Position numbers and translations under genes: made by a program
The notes under the pieces: model-generated
The model's database searches: none
What the model was told of the DNA's origin: nothing
What the model saw: the letters and a program-made list of their open reading frames with translations, nothing else
IMG/VR virus record: IMGVR_UViG_3300010224_000001
Span: 32,001-96,000 of that record
Origin: a virus
Strand: one strand, 5' to 3'
Length of the DNA: 64,000 nucleotides
Shown here: positions 34,972 through 46,021 of the stretch, piece by piece
Layout: every line of letters starts with the position of its first letter
Position numbering within the stretch: the first letter of the stretch is position 1

Positions 34972-37197
34972 TTAATACCGCTTGAAAATACCGCTACTTA
35001 AACGACGCAGACTATTATAGTAGTCGTCATCCGTATAAGTTTGTGCTCTGCTACTATGCTGTTGAGTACGACGATTGGTCTTCTTATTTTCCTTGATGTT
35101 GTTAATGAGTTGGTCCACGCTATTGAGCTGAACGTTCTCATACGACAAACCGCGTGCTAAGGTACGCAGTTGGTGTTCAAGGGAAATACAAATGTAATCA
35201 TCAGTCTCTTCAGTTAACTGCGCAGCAATCTTCTGAATCTTATCTTGAATCATTTGCTGCTGAATCAAGATAGCGTATTCATCCGGTGTGAGCTGTTTAT
35301 GCTGACTCGTTGCAATATCCGTCATCACTTGGGTGATACCGTAGTGAGACAGGTTAACACCTTTGGTCAAGAACCAGTTAGTGAGTAACCAAGCCACCAC
35401 CATGTCGTCATGACCTTTTACAGCGTGGTCAATCCTACCGCCTCGCGTTTGTAAGCCAGAAATCTGCGAGATCAAGATACTGTCTTTAACACGATCGCAG
35501 CCACGCTTGGCAGCTTCCTGTAATGTGTTACCATACAGTTCGTTACGTGCATTGACACCACTACCTGAAGTGCTAAAGCCAAACGCTGCTTTGTTACGGA
35601 TATAGACTTCTACATTCCGGCGACCAATCGGTTGACGGATTTCCATATAACGTTCACGGTCTTCTTCAAACTCTTGCACGACCTTGTTATACATCCGGGT
35701 AAATGGATCAATCCCACGCTCCAGTAACATCTTGATTAAGATGTCCATAATCGCAGCACCCGTACTACGACGCTCAATGATTAAGGTGAGGTTAGGATAC
35801 TTAACTAACAACTCGACCAAGAACTTAGCAAAACTAAGAATGTTGGTTTCATTGATGTTGGCACCACCGACCACATCCAACGTACGTGCATCTGTAAACA
35901 CCAGACCAATGTCATCTCGACCTACAGCATCACTGGTATCCACACCCAACACGACTTTGTTTTCAGCCATGTAAGTTTCCAGGTGTTCTTCAGGCACATA
36001 CCAACGAATGATGTAACGTTCTGGATTATCAAAGTCCGTATACGGATTACCGTCTTTACTGGCTGTAATCTTCTTAAGCAGTTCAGTTGACAGCGGGTGG
36101 TTTTGCGTACCCGAGGTCCACACGTTCATGTAGTCTCGTTCTGCAGCATCCCCTTCCGATTTAGTCGACGCCATTGCGCGGTTTAACCATTCATCTGTAT
36201 AACCTAATTGACGATGACTAAAGGTTGCATTGATCTGGAAGAAGCCATCTCGATTCTCATCGCTTCGAGAATTAGCCCGCACCATCTTTTCTAAGTCAGC
36301 ATTGTTTAAGCAATCAAACACCTTCTCAGTCCAGACCATCGATTCCATCAGAATCTTGTAAATGAAGGCACCTTCCTTTTCATCGCGCTTACCTGCAGTT
36401 GTCGTCAGGATGGTGCCAAATGGCGCACCCACACGAGCTGCTCGGTCACGCGCCGCGTTACCAGACGAGAGCATAGCCGGTAACGAGATATGAATGTTTA
36501 CGCAGAAAGGACCCTCGTCAATATGGTTAATTGGCGAAGTGAAACCACGACCGACGTTAAGTGCAGCTTTCTCAGAAGCTTGCGGTAAGTGTGTCACGTA
36601 CCGGTTCTGTAGTGAACTCACACCAATTTCTTCAGTGTTGTTCACATCCTTCTTTGGATTACGCTGGTTAATGTAAGGCGGTAACTCAGCAAAGATGTTC
36701 TTAATTCGCTGCACGTTCTCCTTACGCAGCTTTTCATCTTTAGTCAACAGGTTAACCAGAGTGTTCTCTAACACCACACCTAACAGATACACCATCAATT
36801 CGTCAGTGGTGATTGACTTACCAGTCTGACGTGGTTGAATAAGAGTGATCATGATGTGGTTAAAGAAACACCACCAGAGTGCAATGTTACCACGGTTAGC
36901 GATAATCGGAATCGCATCTTCACCAGAACCACCAGGAATGCGTGCTACCTCTCGGAAGTAATACCAAGGGTTCATTTTGCATTCGACTACAATCATGTCT
37001 TTCTGTTCGCGCGTCAAATTCGGATCGTAAGGATCGACCCCTTGTAGACGCGGGTTAATTAACGCCAACAGAAAAGCATGATTCTTAATTCCCATTGATC
37101 GATACACAGAAGCTAAGCGTACAAAGCTTTGATTCTTCGTTTTAATATCGACTATTGCAGTGGGATATCTTGCCCAATCTTCACTGAATAAAATCAT
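34972..37197 (-). CDS. terL: Terminase large subunit (phiKZ gp25-like)
   Basis: Walker A PRQTGKS, Walker B HIDE, coupling motif TTT, nuclease motifs GVDTS and HDDMVVAW. Confidence 0.93.
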   Translation of the reverse strand: MILFSEDWARYPTAIVDIKTKNQSFVRLASVYRSMGIKNHAFLLALINPRLQGVDPYDPNLTREQKDMIVVECKMNPWYYFREVARIPGGSGEDAIPIIANRGNIALWWCFFNHIMITLIQPRQTGKSITTDELMVYLLGVVLENTLVNLLTKDEKLRKENVQRIKNIFAELPPYINQRNPKKDVNNTEEIGVSSLQNRYVTHLPQASEKAALNVGRGFTSPINHIDEGPFCVNIHISLPAMLSSGNAARDRAARVGAPFGTILTTTAGKRDEKEGAFIYKILMESMVWTEKVFDCLNNADLEKMVRANSRSDENRDGFFQINATFSHRQLGYTDEWLNRAMASTKSEGDAAERDYMNVWTSGTQNHPLSTELLKKITASKDGNPYTDFDNPERYIIRWYVPEEHLETYMAENKVVLGVDTSDAVGRDDIGLVFTDARTLDVVGGANINETNILSFAKFLVELLVKYPNLTLIIERRSTGAAIMDILIKMLLERGIDPFTRMYNKVVQEFEEDRERYMEIRQPIGRRNVEVYIRNKAAFGFSTSGSGVNARNELYGNTLQEAAKRGCDRVKDSILISQISGLQTRGGRIDHAVKGHDDMVVAWLLTNWFLTKGVNLSHYGITQVMTDIATSQHKQLTPDEYAILIQQQMIQDKIQKIAAQLTEETDDYICISLEHQLRTLARGLSYENVQLNSVDQLINNIKENKKTNRRTQQHSSRAQTYTDDDYYNSLRRLSSGIFKRY

Positions 37198-37230
37198 TTT
37201 AAATACCCGTCATAAACTCTTTCGATTAAC

Positions 37231-37266
37231 TAGACTACTAGGGTCGTTACAGGCCCTAGTAGTCTA
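37231..37266 (-). terminator. Long hairpin between the gp26-like gene and terminase
   Basis: TAGACTACTAGGG/CCCTAGTAGTCTA stem. Confidence 0.55.
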
Positions 37267-37270
37267 CAGA

Positions 37271-38977
37271 TCAGTTACCCTGATACACAGGCAGTGCTGC
37301 GATGGAAAGCTGGATGTCGGTATCCGGCGTACGCTGGAAGAACTTAATGAACACTGTGCCCGAGTTCGGGATCACGTGGCCAATAGTGAGGATGCTGTTC
37401 CATTGTGCGATCGGATAAGCGGCTTCCCACTGAGCCGTACCCACCGAGAAGTAATCCGGAGTCGGAGGAACCGATTCTTTCTCCTGATCAGTTAACGGTT
37501 TGGTCATGAAGTACAGTCGATTCAACCATGCGTCCACCGTAGCTTCACCGCAAGTCACATCGATAGTCGACATGTTTGCATTGATGAAACGCGTCGTTGC
37601 ATAGTTACCTTCACCAAACAGAATAGTCTGGCCAGGATCGAAACCAATTGCCCAGTTAGTAGTACGCTCCGTACCTTTCTGACGCAGAACGATATCGATG
37701 GTCTGCACATGGATATATGCTTGACCGCTCGGGAACACGTCCTTCAGATTGATCGAGACCGACAGCGATTGTTTACGACCATAACCAATCGGATCCCAGA
37801 CTTGGGAATTGGTATTGATCTTCACATATGGCGTCACTAACAGAGCGATATTGCGATCCAAGTCGTACAGCCACCATTCAAGACGATAACCATTGATCTC
37901 ATCGATCCAGACCGGATAACCGTACAGCTTCGGCGTATACATACCCACCTTGTTCAGCGTCTGTGCTGTATACGCTTTAGTGATGTTGCGGCTTTCACCG
38001 ACACTTGTTCCGTATACAATTTCACCATCTGACAGCTTATAGCTCAATACCAGCGGGAAAGTTTGACCAGCCACAGTGGCGACGTAGTTGTTAAAGCCGT
38101 AGATCGAGAACTTGGTTTGGTTCACCGGTAAACGAGTTTCACTACCGTCACTGTAATGAATCACGCCGATTAACGACAGACCTGCTAACGGCACATTCAG
38201 CGGATATTGCAACAGAGACGGATCAGCTGAAGAGATAAACGGCGATTCTAAACTGATGCCCGTAATATACTTGACAGATGAGTCAGCAGTTGGAATGAAT
38301 GCGGTATTCTCAACCAGCAGTTGGCATTTAGAAACCACATGACCGTCATCCGCATAAGCTACGATCGTGATCACTTCACCGTCTGGTAAGTCTTCCGTGG
38401 TATAGCAAGTCGGAATGCACTTGACGGCTTTATTCACGGAGTTATCCATCGCCGCCAGTTCCAGAGGAACAGCTTGACCTAACAGATCGCCAGACGGACT
38501 ATACAAACCACTGATCACTTTAGCGTTACCAGTCAAATCGCTACCACGCCATACCTTTACCGATGTCGCTGTCGTACCAAAGAAACGCAGACGCTTATCC
38601 ACGCTCATGGTGTACGGCATGACGCTCTTGTCGATGTAGATACGATAGGTATCTGAAATCGTACCAGGACCGACACCTAACAGTAAGTCGTCAGGGCTGA
38701 TGGTTTCATTCGGTAATGCGCCTTTTATTTCACGCATTGTAGGAATTAACGTGGTTTGATCAAGCTTGATAACTTGATACCACTTAAACGAAGTGAGGTC
38801 AACAACAAAGTCGTCAAGCTTCGGGACGTAGCGATTCGCACCAGCGCCGCCCGTATAGATTTCACTTAAGCTCCAGATACGGAAGCGTTCCGCCGGATCG
38901 TAAACCGGTTCTACGCCATCTGTACCTGCCGAGCTATTGAGTACGGAGATTCCCGTATTGTCAGTAGAGCTAGTCAT
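37271..38977 (-). CDS. Virion structural protein (phiKZ gp26-like)
   Basis: 568-aa beta-rich ORF between terminase and sheath. Confidence 0.75.
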   Translation of the reverse strand: MTSSTDNTGISVLNSSAGTDGVEPVYDPAERFRIWSLSEIYTGGAGANRYVPKLDDFVVDLTSFKWYQVIKLDQTTLIPTMREIKGALPNETISPDDLLLGVGPGTISDTYRIYIDKSVMPYTMSVDKRLRFFGTTATSVKVWRGSDLTGNAKVISGLYSPSGDLLGQAVPLELAAMDNSVNKAVKCIPTCYTTEDLPDGEVITIVAYADDGHVVSKCQLLVENTAFIPTADSSVKYITGISLESPFISSADPSLLQYPLNVPLAGLSLIGVIHYSDGSETRLPVNQTKFSIYGFNNYVATVAGQTFPLVLSYKLSDGEIVYGTSVGESRNITKAYTAQTLNKVGMYTPKLYGYPVWIDEINGYRLEWWLYDLDRNIALLVTPYVKINTNSQVWDPIGYGRKQSLSVSINLKDVFPSGQAYIHVQTIDIVLRQKGTERTTNWAIGFDPGQTILFGEGNYATTRFINANMSTIDVTCGEATVDAWLNRLYFMTKPLTDQEKESVPPTPDYFSVGTAQWEAAYPIAQWNSILTIGHVIPNSGTVFIKFFQRTPDTDIQLSIAALPVYQGN

Positions 38978-38989
38978 ATTTTTCCCAGA

Positions 38990-41566
38990 TTAAGATTTCA
39001 AGGTGACGTAGTGAGAGATGCTCACCGAATCATTGAAATAGAACTTAAGCACACGCAGCATGAAGCGGTACTGGAACAGGTCAAGCGAGATCACGGTATC
39101 GCGATAGTACGGATGCACAATCATGAAACTGTCGTCAGCCTTATGCTCTTCCAACGCTTGGTCATACATCAGCCATTCTTCATACGGTTTACAAATATCC
39201 ATCAAGATATTGTCGTTGTATTGACCGTAGATCCGACTATCGTTTAACAAGCCAGTTTTCAAATCGTCCAGAATTGACGATAAGAATGGGCTATATACCG
39301 GGTAGCGTTCGGCGATAGACGTCGGTTGAGTGAAGGATGGCGGCGGCATCTTAAGTGTCATATAGTCCGCCACATGCTTGTCAGTATCCTGAGCAATTGC
39401 ACGCAGTTCGTAGGTCTTCCCTATCGTCGATCCTCGCATTGGCACCACAATGTCGCGCACCAGATAAGGCGTACCGTCAGCCACACCAGGCACATTCACG
39501 CCAGAATGGTTTTCAGCAAATCTCAATTCACTACGGTCGTAGACTGCACCACCTACGTTGATGTGCAATACCTTATCATCACGGATGTCAAATCGATTAT
39601 TGTTCGACAACACACCGTGCGTGATAAAGCCTACATCACGAATCTTCTCACGAGTGAGATCAGATAAGCAGTGACCGCTAAATCGAATATGAATCAATTG
39701 TGCTTGCGATTCAGGATTGACCAAGTGCTTCTTGTTAGTAATCACGATCTTCGGGAAATTGACCACGTAGTCAACATCTTCAATCAATGCTTTACCGTTT
39801 AAGAAGAGATCCAGTTCACCCATTGGCACTTGCATGACGGTATTAACCAAAGCACCACCACGGTTTTGCTGCGAGGTTAAGCTAAACTCCAGTAGACCAG
39901 AAGTTACCATTAAGCTTAAATCGTAAGCCAAGAAGTCACGATTACTGCGCACCATGGTGTAAGTTAACGTCGGATCAACTAACCATTTGAGTTGATTACC
40001 GGTGATAACAAACGACACATTGTCATTGGTCACGTCGCGCCAGATATTGTCCGGTAAACCACCTACCACATTGCAGACATACATGCGATAGTCCAACGAA
40101 GGATCAATCTGAACAAACTGTTTACCGTATTGTTCATCAAGCGCAACCACACCATAGCCAGTTAACGCTTCCACCAGGTGTGTGTCTGTACCTTTCGCCA
40201 CATAGCCCGGACCATACGCATGTTTCTGCCAGTTGGTTAAGTAACCTTCGAAACTGTATTCATACAGCGTCGAGCGACTTTGCAGATTTATTGGTAAGTC
40301 AACAAGCAATTGGTTCGATACATTCTTCGTAAACAGAGGCGACGGTGCTAACAGTTGGCTGATTGCGTTATAACCGTAGGCTTGTTGCACTAACTGCGGT
40401 GTGATGTTCAACACTTGCGAACGCATCACCTTGGTATAGGCAGAGTTCTCTAAGCGATCAGCTTGCCATTCGGGCACAACTGAATCCACACCGACAATCG
40501 CTGCAGCAATTTCCGGATCAGGTAACTTGTACAGTTCCTTAATGCGATTCGCTTCATTCGGAAGCACACGGTCATAGCCACTCTTGCGAATGTGCGCACG
40601 CAGTATCAGATTGTTGACATCAGTCCATTCTGGATTGAAATCTTGATAGGCGACCAAGTATTGCACAGGTACGGAGTAATCCTTGTGCGTCACTTGACGA
40701 ATCGCGTCTGGTTGGATGCGGTGATAGTACACACCCTTGAAACGATTCTGACTCGTTGGTTGGTACAAGAAGAAATCGATATCGTCTTGATAATCGATAT
40801 TGGCAAAGTTACCATTTGGCGTATGGAGCAAGTACTTATACTTTTGATCCATCGTACTGTTGAAAGTCGGTAAGTCTTTCAACGGAAAGTCGATCACGGA
40901 ATAGATCGAACCATCGTAGACAAACTCAACCACATCACCAATGGTCGCTGTGAAGAAGTCAACTCCGCTTACACGGTAGCCATTCACAAACGCATAGGTT
41001 TCACCGATCCTGGTTTTAGCAGCATCATACAAGTGCTGGATAGCCAACAGATCATCTGAAGAACGAATCGTCTTTCCTTGCACATCGATGAATTCGTGCA
41101 GTGCATCGACTCGGTTACTATTGTAGTAAGCGTTCGAATACACTCGGAAGTATAGCGTCTCTTCGTTTAAGTTAATAGGAATTAAAGGTTGTTCTTGTAC
41201 CGCTAAGATAAGTTCATGGTCGTGAGTCACCATGTACCAGCTCGTATGCCGCGGCATCTGAATACCTTTAGCACTGTACAAGTCTACGATTAATCTTTCA
41301 CTCCGACACACGTCTGAGACTTTATACCAGATACCATAAGCACTTGGCATTGCCATACCGAGGAGTTGTGGATAGATCCCACTTAAGTCGTAGATGTGGA
41401 AACGTTCGCCCATCACAGGCAATTTATAACGACGCCACATCACGCCGCTATCAGTATACACGCCGCCATACAGCGTAATCTTTCTCGGCGCAATGATGAC
41501 CTGGTTATCTTGATCAGGTGTGCACCAAAAACTACGTATGGCTTGAGTGACGAGATAATCAGCCAT
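38990..41566 (-). CDS. Virion structural protein (phiKZ gp27-like)
   Basis: Start MADYLV with SD GAGGA; motifs WCTPDQD, RQVTHKDYS, GYNA. Confidence 0.75.
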   Translation of the reverse strand: MADYLVTQAIRSFWCTPDQDNQVIIAPRKITLYGGVYTDSGVMWRRYKLPVMGERFHIYDLSGIYPQLLGMAMPSAYGIWYKVSDVCRSERLIVDLYSAKGIQMPRHTSWYMVTHDHELILAVQEQPLIPINLNEETLYFRVYSNAYYNSNRVDALHEFIDVQGKTIRSSDDLLAIQHLYDAAKTRIGETYAFVNGYRVSGVDFFTATIGDVVEFVYDGSIYSVIDFPLKDLPTFNSTMDQKYKYLLHTPNGNFANIDYQDDIDFFLYQPTSQNRFKGVYYHRIQPDAIRQVTHKDYSVPVQYLVAYQDFNPEWTDVNNLILRAHIRKSGYDRVLPNEANRIKELYKLPDPEIAAAIVGVDSVVPEWQADRLENSAYTKVMRSQVLNITPQLVQQAYGYNAISQLLAPSPLFTKNVSNQLLVDLPINLQSRSTLYEYSFEGYLTNWQKHAYGPGYVAKGTDTHLVEALTGYGVVALDEQYGKQFVQIDPSLDYRMYVCNVVGGLPDNIWRDVTNDNVSFVITGNQLKWLVDPTLTYTMVRSNRDFLAYDLSLMVTSGLLEFSLTSQQNRGGALVNTVMQVPMGELDLFLNGKALIEDVDYVVNFPKIVITNKKHLVNPESQAQLIHIRFSGHCLSDLTREKIRDVGFITHGVLSNNNRFDIRDDKVLHINVGGAVYDRSELRFAENHSGVNVPGVADGTPYLVRDIVVPMRGSTIGKTYELRAIAQDTDKHVADYMTLKMPPPSFTQPTSIAERYPVYSPFLSSILDDLKTGLLNDSRIYGQYNDNILMDICKPYEEWLMYDQALEEHKADDSFMIVHPYYRDTVISLDLFQYRFMLRVLKFYFNDSVSISHYVTLKS

Positions 41567-41626
41567 GAATGTCCTCAAGAAAGAAATGTTACCGCAGTAT
41601 CGACCACGGTAACACAGTAATCAGAA

Positions 41627-42610
41627 TTAACGCAGATCAGCCGAAGCTTCACTCGTTTGAGGAGCCAGAGCTTTTACTGCACGCACTAACATTTCTAAAC
41701 CGTCTTTATAGTGACGTCGTTCGCACAGCTTAGCAATCGTGGTAAACTTAATCGTTTTGTTGATATAAGCTTCCAGCAAAATTGCTAACCAGCTAGGCGG
41801 ATGTTCCAAAGCCACTGCAACATTCTCAGCCGCATTGTCACCAGCCCAGGTGCCTTTTAACAATGCAATCAAGACGCCAGAATTCAATTCTTCCAGGCGC
41901 ACATTCCCCAGATATTCTTTGGCTTTCTTGCAGAAGTCTTCTACTGAGATAATCAGTTTCACACTGTCGTATGCAGTTAACACATCCGGCAGATCCACCT
42001 TCAATGCGTTAGCAATACCGGCCAGGTAACGATTCTCTTGTGCCTTGTCGTATTCCAAACCATCGATGTGATTTGACGAATAAAAGATAGCAGCCAGAAT
42101 CATCAGGTTATATTGTGTCTTAGGGTCTAGGCCATAACGACGACTCAACGTCTCTGAAATCCAGCTTGCGTAGATTGACATGGCAATTGGTGTTAAGCTA
42201 CGAATTGCGCCCGGTCCTTCTTTCAACCACACCGCATTTAATGCAGCACGATAAAGACGAGTCCGATAAACACTACCGTTCGTGACTTTATACGTACCGC
42301 TACCCGTTACACCACCATCAGTTCCAGTTACACTCGCATCTCTTACGGCAGGACGGATATCAATAGCAAGCAAAGCTTCTTGTGCGCTATCGACTACCGA
42401 TCCGTTAAAATGCTTGGCAATTAACAATGGGTGATTGAATGCAGGAATAGCAGCTTGTGCACCTCGGGTAGAGAACACTTGAGCAGTATCATCAGCAATC
42501 GGTAAATAATCTCGAATTCTGGCCTCGGCAATTGCGTCGCGAATCCGTTGCACACTTGACGCAGTACCATTGCATGCGGTGGTGTCATACGCCGTATGGA
42601 AAATAGTCAT
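41627..42610 (-). CDS. Virion structural protein (phiKZ gp28-like)
   Basis: 327 aa; motifs AYDTT, IPAFNHP, VALEHPP. Confidence 0.75.
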   Translation of the reverse strand: MTIFHTAYDTTACNGTASSVQRIRDAIAEARIRDYLPIADDTAQVFSTRGAQAAIPAFNHPLLIAKHFNGSVVDSAQEALLAIDIRPAVRDASVTGTDGGVTGSGTYKVTNGSVYRTRLYRAALNAVWLKEGPGAIRSLTPIAMSIYASWISETLSRRYGLDPKTQYNLMILAAIFYSSNHIDGLEYDKAQENRYLAGIANALKVDLPDVLTAYDSVKLIISVEDFCKKAKEYLGNVRLEELNSGVLIALLKGTWAGDNAAENVAVALEHPPSWLAILLEAYINKTIKFTTIAKLCERRHYKDGLEMLVRAVKALAPQTSEASADLR

Positions 42611-42842
42611 TTTTTCTTTCCTATTTCAATTCATTTTTTAGTGAAAAAATATTAAACACCCTTAATCTAGCCGTCATTCTATGTCAAACAAATGTCGAGC
42701 TAGCTCGGGTTGTTTTAACGTTACAGGGAGGATTGAAAGCATGCCTGCCAGTATTTTTTAAAGATTATTATGATGCTGGGCATCGACTTCGCAACAATAC
42801 CAAAATCATACCATTCATTATTAGTGACAGGAACCTGACATA

Positions 42843-44924
42843 ATGAACCTCAATATTCGTAATGGCGCACCGATGTCGCTTAATCTCGGCATCAAGGATG
42901 ATTCGTCACGGACACCAAATGCCGTGGCTGAAGCGCGCCCGACTCACATGCCGAAAGTTTACGGTTACGCACAGAAAGGTGACCATACTCAAGCTTACCC
43001 GGTGGTCGGCGATTCTCGCACAACCATCTTCGGCGCAGATTCTTTTGACCTGCGCAAAAAGTGGGCTAACCACGCCACTGTTTATTCGAATGCATTTGCT
43101 GCTCAAGGCAATATGCAAATGTTCCAACGCCTTAAACCGACCGATGCTCCGGATCCGGCTTCGCTGCGTCTGTGGATTGATTTGCTGCCGACGCAAGTGC
43201 AAGACTACGAGCGTAATGCGGACGGTTCCTATAAGCGAGATGGTTCGAACGCTCTTATTCCGACCGCTTCGAAGGTTGCCGGTTACCTGGCCAAGTTTGT
43301 TCTGACTGCCGTCGATAAAGACGTGAATGGTGACGACACCTTTGGTGTTGCTACTCAAGTCGCTGGTGACCAGACTGATGGTAACTCGGTTCAATCGACC
43401 CGTTATCCGATCCTGGATCTGCGTACGTCGTCGTTCGGTTCCTGGGGTAACAACCAAGCGATCCGTCTGTGGGCTCCGACCACGCAATCGACTCGTCCGC
43501 TGGACTCGCGTCTGGTAACGGACCAGAAGGTCTATCCGTTCTACATCGCATGTGCTGAACGTGCTGATGAACTGAGCACGGCTAAAGTGAAATCGACGCT
43601 GTCGGGTTCGCAACAGATTCCGTTCACCTTCAAACCTGGTACGATCGATCGCAATACTGATGCGCAGATGTATCTGGGCGACATCTTCCTGAATGCTTAT
43701 CAGGACATTTCGACGCCGGGTCTGTCGCCGCAGTTCGGTCCGTTCGGCGAAATCAACGTTTATGACAGCAACATTGCTGCTGTGCTGGCCCTGGTTTATG
43801 CTGCCGAATTCGCTGTCGCTGATGTCCATAGCGATTTCGATGGTTCGTCGGATGAAGCTTACCGCTTCAACCTGATCTCGGGCATGACCTCGGGTGGCGT
43901 TCCGTATCACACTTACCAAGTTGTGACCGGTTCTAGCAACAGCGTGCGTCTGACCGAAAGCTCGAACCTGTTCGCAGCTGGTGGTGGTGACGGTACGATG
44001 GACAATGCTTCGTTCGCTGCTCTGGTGTCGCTGGAACTGGCTAACTACGCTGATCCGAATCACCCGGTGCAAGAAGAAGCTACCAATCCGGAATCGATCT
44101 TCTATGACTCGGGCTTCCCGGTTCAGACCAAGAAAGATATGGCGCAAATCCTGGCGATTCGTAAAGACGTCGCTGTGGTTGTGTCGACCCATGAAGATGG
44201 TGGCCGTGTCCTGACTGATGATGAAGAACGTTCGCTGGCTACGGCTCTGCTGACGCACTTCCAAGCTTACGCTGAATCGGAATACTTCGGTACTCCGGCT
44301 GCTCGTGCTTGCATCGTCGGTAGCTCGGGTTATATCCTGGGTAGCCAGTGGGTCAAGCGCGCTCCGGCCTCGTTCGAGATCGCCATGAAAGCTGCCGACT
44401 ACATGGGTGCTGCTAACGGTCTGTGGAAAGCTGGCAAGTCGTTTGATTCGGCTCCGCTGTCGCAAATCGATTACATGCGTGACATGGCTCTGCCGTTCCG
44501 TCCGGCAGATGCTCGTAGCAAGGACTGGGATGTTGGTCTGATCTGGCCTGCAGCTTATAGCCGCAGCCGCTTCTACTTCCCGCAGCTGCAAACCATCTAT
44601 CCGGATGACACCTCGGTGCTGAATAACTTCTTCACCATGATGGCTTGCGTGGAACTGCAGAAGATCGGTACTGCTGTCCACAAGGACTTTAGCGGTGTCT
44701 CGAACCTGACTGAAGAGCAACTGATTGAACGTGTCAACGCTAAGATCAATGATGCTGTTAAAGACAAGTTCGATAACCGTTTCACCATCACGCCTGAGAC
44801 TACGTTCACGGCAGATGACAAGCTGCGCGGTTATAGCTGGACGACGACGATCAAGATCGCATCGCCGATGATGGAAACTGTCCAAACGCTGATCATCGAA
44901 ACTCAACGTAAAGAGAGTAAATAA
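42843..44924 (+). CDS. Contractile tail sheath protein (phiKZ gp29-like)
   Basis: 693 aa with high-expression codons; motifs GGGDG, YDSGF, GYSW; directly followed by the tube gene. Confidence 0.88.
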   Translation: MNLNIRNGAPMSLNLGIKDDSSRTPNAVAEARPTHMPKVYGYAQKGDHTQAYPVVGDSRTTIFGADSFDLRKKWANHATVYSNAFAAQGNMQMFQRLKPTDAPDPASLRLWIDLLPTQVQDYERNADGSYKRDGSNALIPTASKVAGYLAKFVLTAVDKDVNGDDTFGVATQVAGDQTDGNSVQSTRYPILDLRTSSFGSWGNNQAIRLWAPTTQSTRPLDSRLVTDQKVYPFYIACAERADELSTAKVKSTLSGSQQIPFTFKPGTIDRNTDAQMYLGDIFLNAYQDISTPGLSPQFGPFGEINVYDSNIAAVLALVYAAEFAVADVHSDFDGSSDEAYRFNLISGMTSGGVPYHTYQVVTGSSNSVRLTESSNLFAAGGGDGTMDNASFAALVSLELANYADPNHPVQEEATNPESIFYDSGFPVQTKKDMAQILAIRKDVAVVVSTHEDGGRVLTDDEERSLATALLTHFQAYAESEYFGTPAARACIVGSSGYILGSQWVKRAPASFEIAMKAADYMGAANGLWKAGKSFDSAPLSQIDYMRDMALPFRPADARSKDWDVGLIWPAAYSRSRFYFPQLQTIYPDDTSVLNNFFTMMACVELQKIGTAVHKDFSGVSNLTEEQLIERVNAKINDAVKDKFDNRFTITPETTFTADDKLRGYSWTTTIKIASPMMETVQTLIIETQRKESK

Positions 44925-44926
44925 CA

Positions 44927-45799
44927 ATGAGCCGCATTCAAAACGCTATCTTACAAGCTGGCACAGCGCACAGCTTAGGGGTACAGACTCCAATGGTTGA
45001 CCTCGCCTATGGTGGTCAAAACACTGGTTTCTCGCCTGAGTACGCGGAATGGGTCAGTAGTGCTTCCTACATCCGTCGGAACATTATCCCGATCCTGCTG
45101 GAAGCTCCGCGTGGTTTCCAATACCTGCCGAATCCGGACGTCTGGGTTCGTACGCTGCGTAGTCTGATCGAACTGCACCCGCTGCAAATCGATGGTCTGA
45201 ATGCTACCCTGCAAGCAGACTACACCGAGACGCCGTTCGGTGGTGGTGGTCAGATGCAGCACGACCTGTCGAACGTCAAGGAAACGCCCTCGACTCCGAA
45301 CTTCCATTACATCGAGAAGTACGGCCGTGCAATCTCGCGCTTCTGGCGTCAATACCTGCTGTACCTGGGTATGGACATCAATAGCAAAGTGCCGAACATT
45401 GCTACGCTGTCGACGGCTGCTGGCTTGACTGACTTCCTGCCGGATGTGACAACCTTCACCTGCCTGTTCATTGAACCGGATCCCCTGATGAAGAAAGTCA
45501 CCCAGGCATGGCTGGTCACCAACATGTCGCCGCGCAACAGTGGCGATATCATCGGTTCCATGGATAAGACTCAGGATGGTCAAACCACCCAGATCGAAAT
45601 CCAGTTTACTGGTCTTCATCAGTACAACACCGGTGTGGATCAGTTTGCTCAACGCATTCTGGACGGCATGTCGATCATCGGTGCCAACCCGAACCTGCGT
45701 CAAGCTTTCATCCAAGACGTGGCTGCAGACGTCAAGGCTGCTACCAAAGGTTACGCTTCTGGTATCCAGTCGCTGGCCAACAGCCAGGTTGCTGTTTAA
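44927..45799 (+). CDS. Tail tube protein (phiKZ gp30-like)
   Basis: 290 aa directly after the sheath; motifs EKYG, LFIEPD, AWLVTNMSP. Confidence 0.82.
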   Translation: MSRIQNAILQAGTAHSLGVQTPMVDLAYGGQNTGFSPEYAEWVSSASYIRRNIIPILLEAPRGFQYLPNPDVWVRTLRSLIELHPLQIDGLNATLQADYTETPFGGGGQMQHDLSNVKETPSTPNFHYIEKYGRAISRFWRQYLLYLGMDINSKVPNIATLSTAAGLTDFLPDVTTFTCLFIEPDPLMKKVTQAWLVTNMSPRNSGDIIGSMDKTQDGQTTQIEIQFTGLHQYNTGVDQFAQRILDGMSIIGANPNLRQAFIQDVAADVKAATKGYASGIQSLANSQVAV

Positions 45800-45816
45800 T
45801 TCTAGTCACTAGAATG

Positions 45817-45851
45817 GTAGAGAGACTCCTACGGGGGTCTCTCTACTCTTT
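45817..45851 (+). terminator. Intrinsic terminator of the sheath/tube operon
   Basis: GTAGAGAGACTCC-TACG-GGGGTCTCTCTAC, then TCTTTATGACG. Confidence 0.85.
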
Positions 45852-45982
45852 ATGACGTCAGGACGTGTTCTAGAACGCACTAGAACGCATCAGGAGACGT
45901 TTTAATTCATGACTAAAGGAAAGTATCCAACTCAACAATAAAACGGCTATAAATGGTCAAAAGGTCAAAAAAAAATACATCA

Positions 45983-46021
45983 TAAATCCCACCCCACTCC
46001 AACCCGAAGGTCAGAGTAGGG
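45983..46021 (-). terminator. Terminator-like hairpin
   Basis: CCCTACTCTGACC-TTCG-GGTTGGAGTGGGG, then ATTTATGATG. Confidence 0.65.

Noticed and set aside
42906-45715. 673-aa and 246-aa minus-strand ORFs opposite the sheath and tube genes
   Set aside because: Antisense shadows of codon-biased structural genes.
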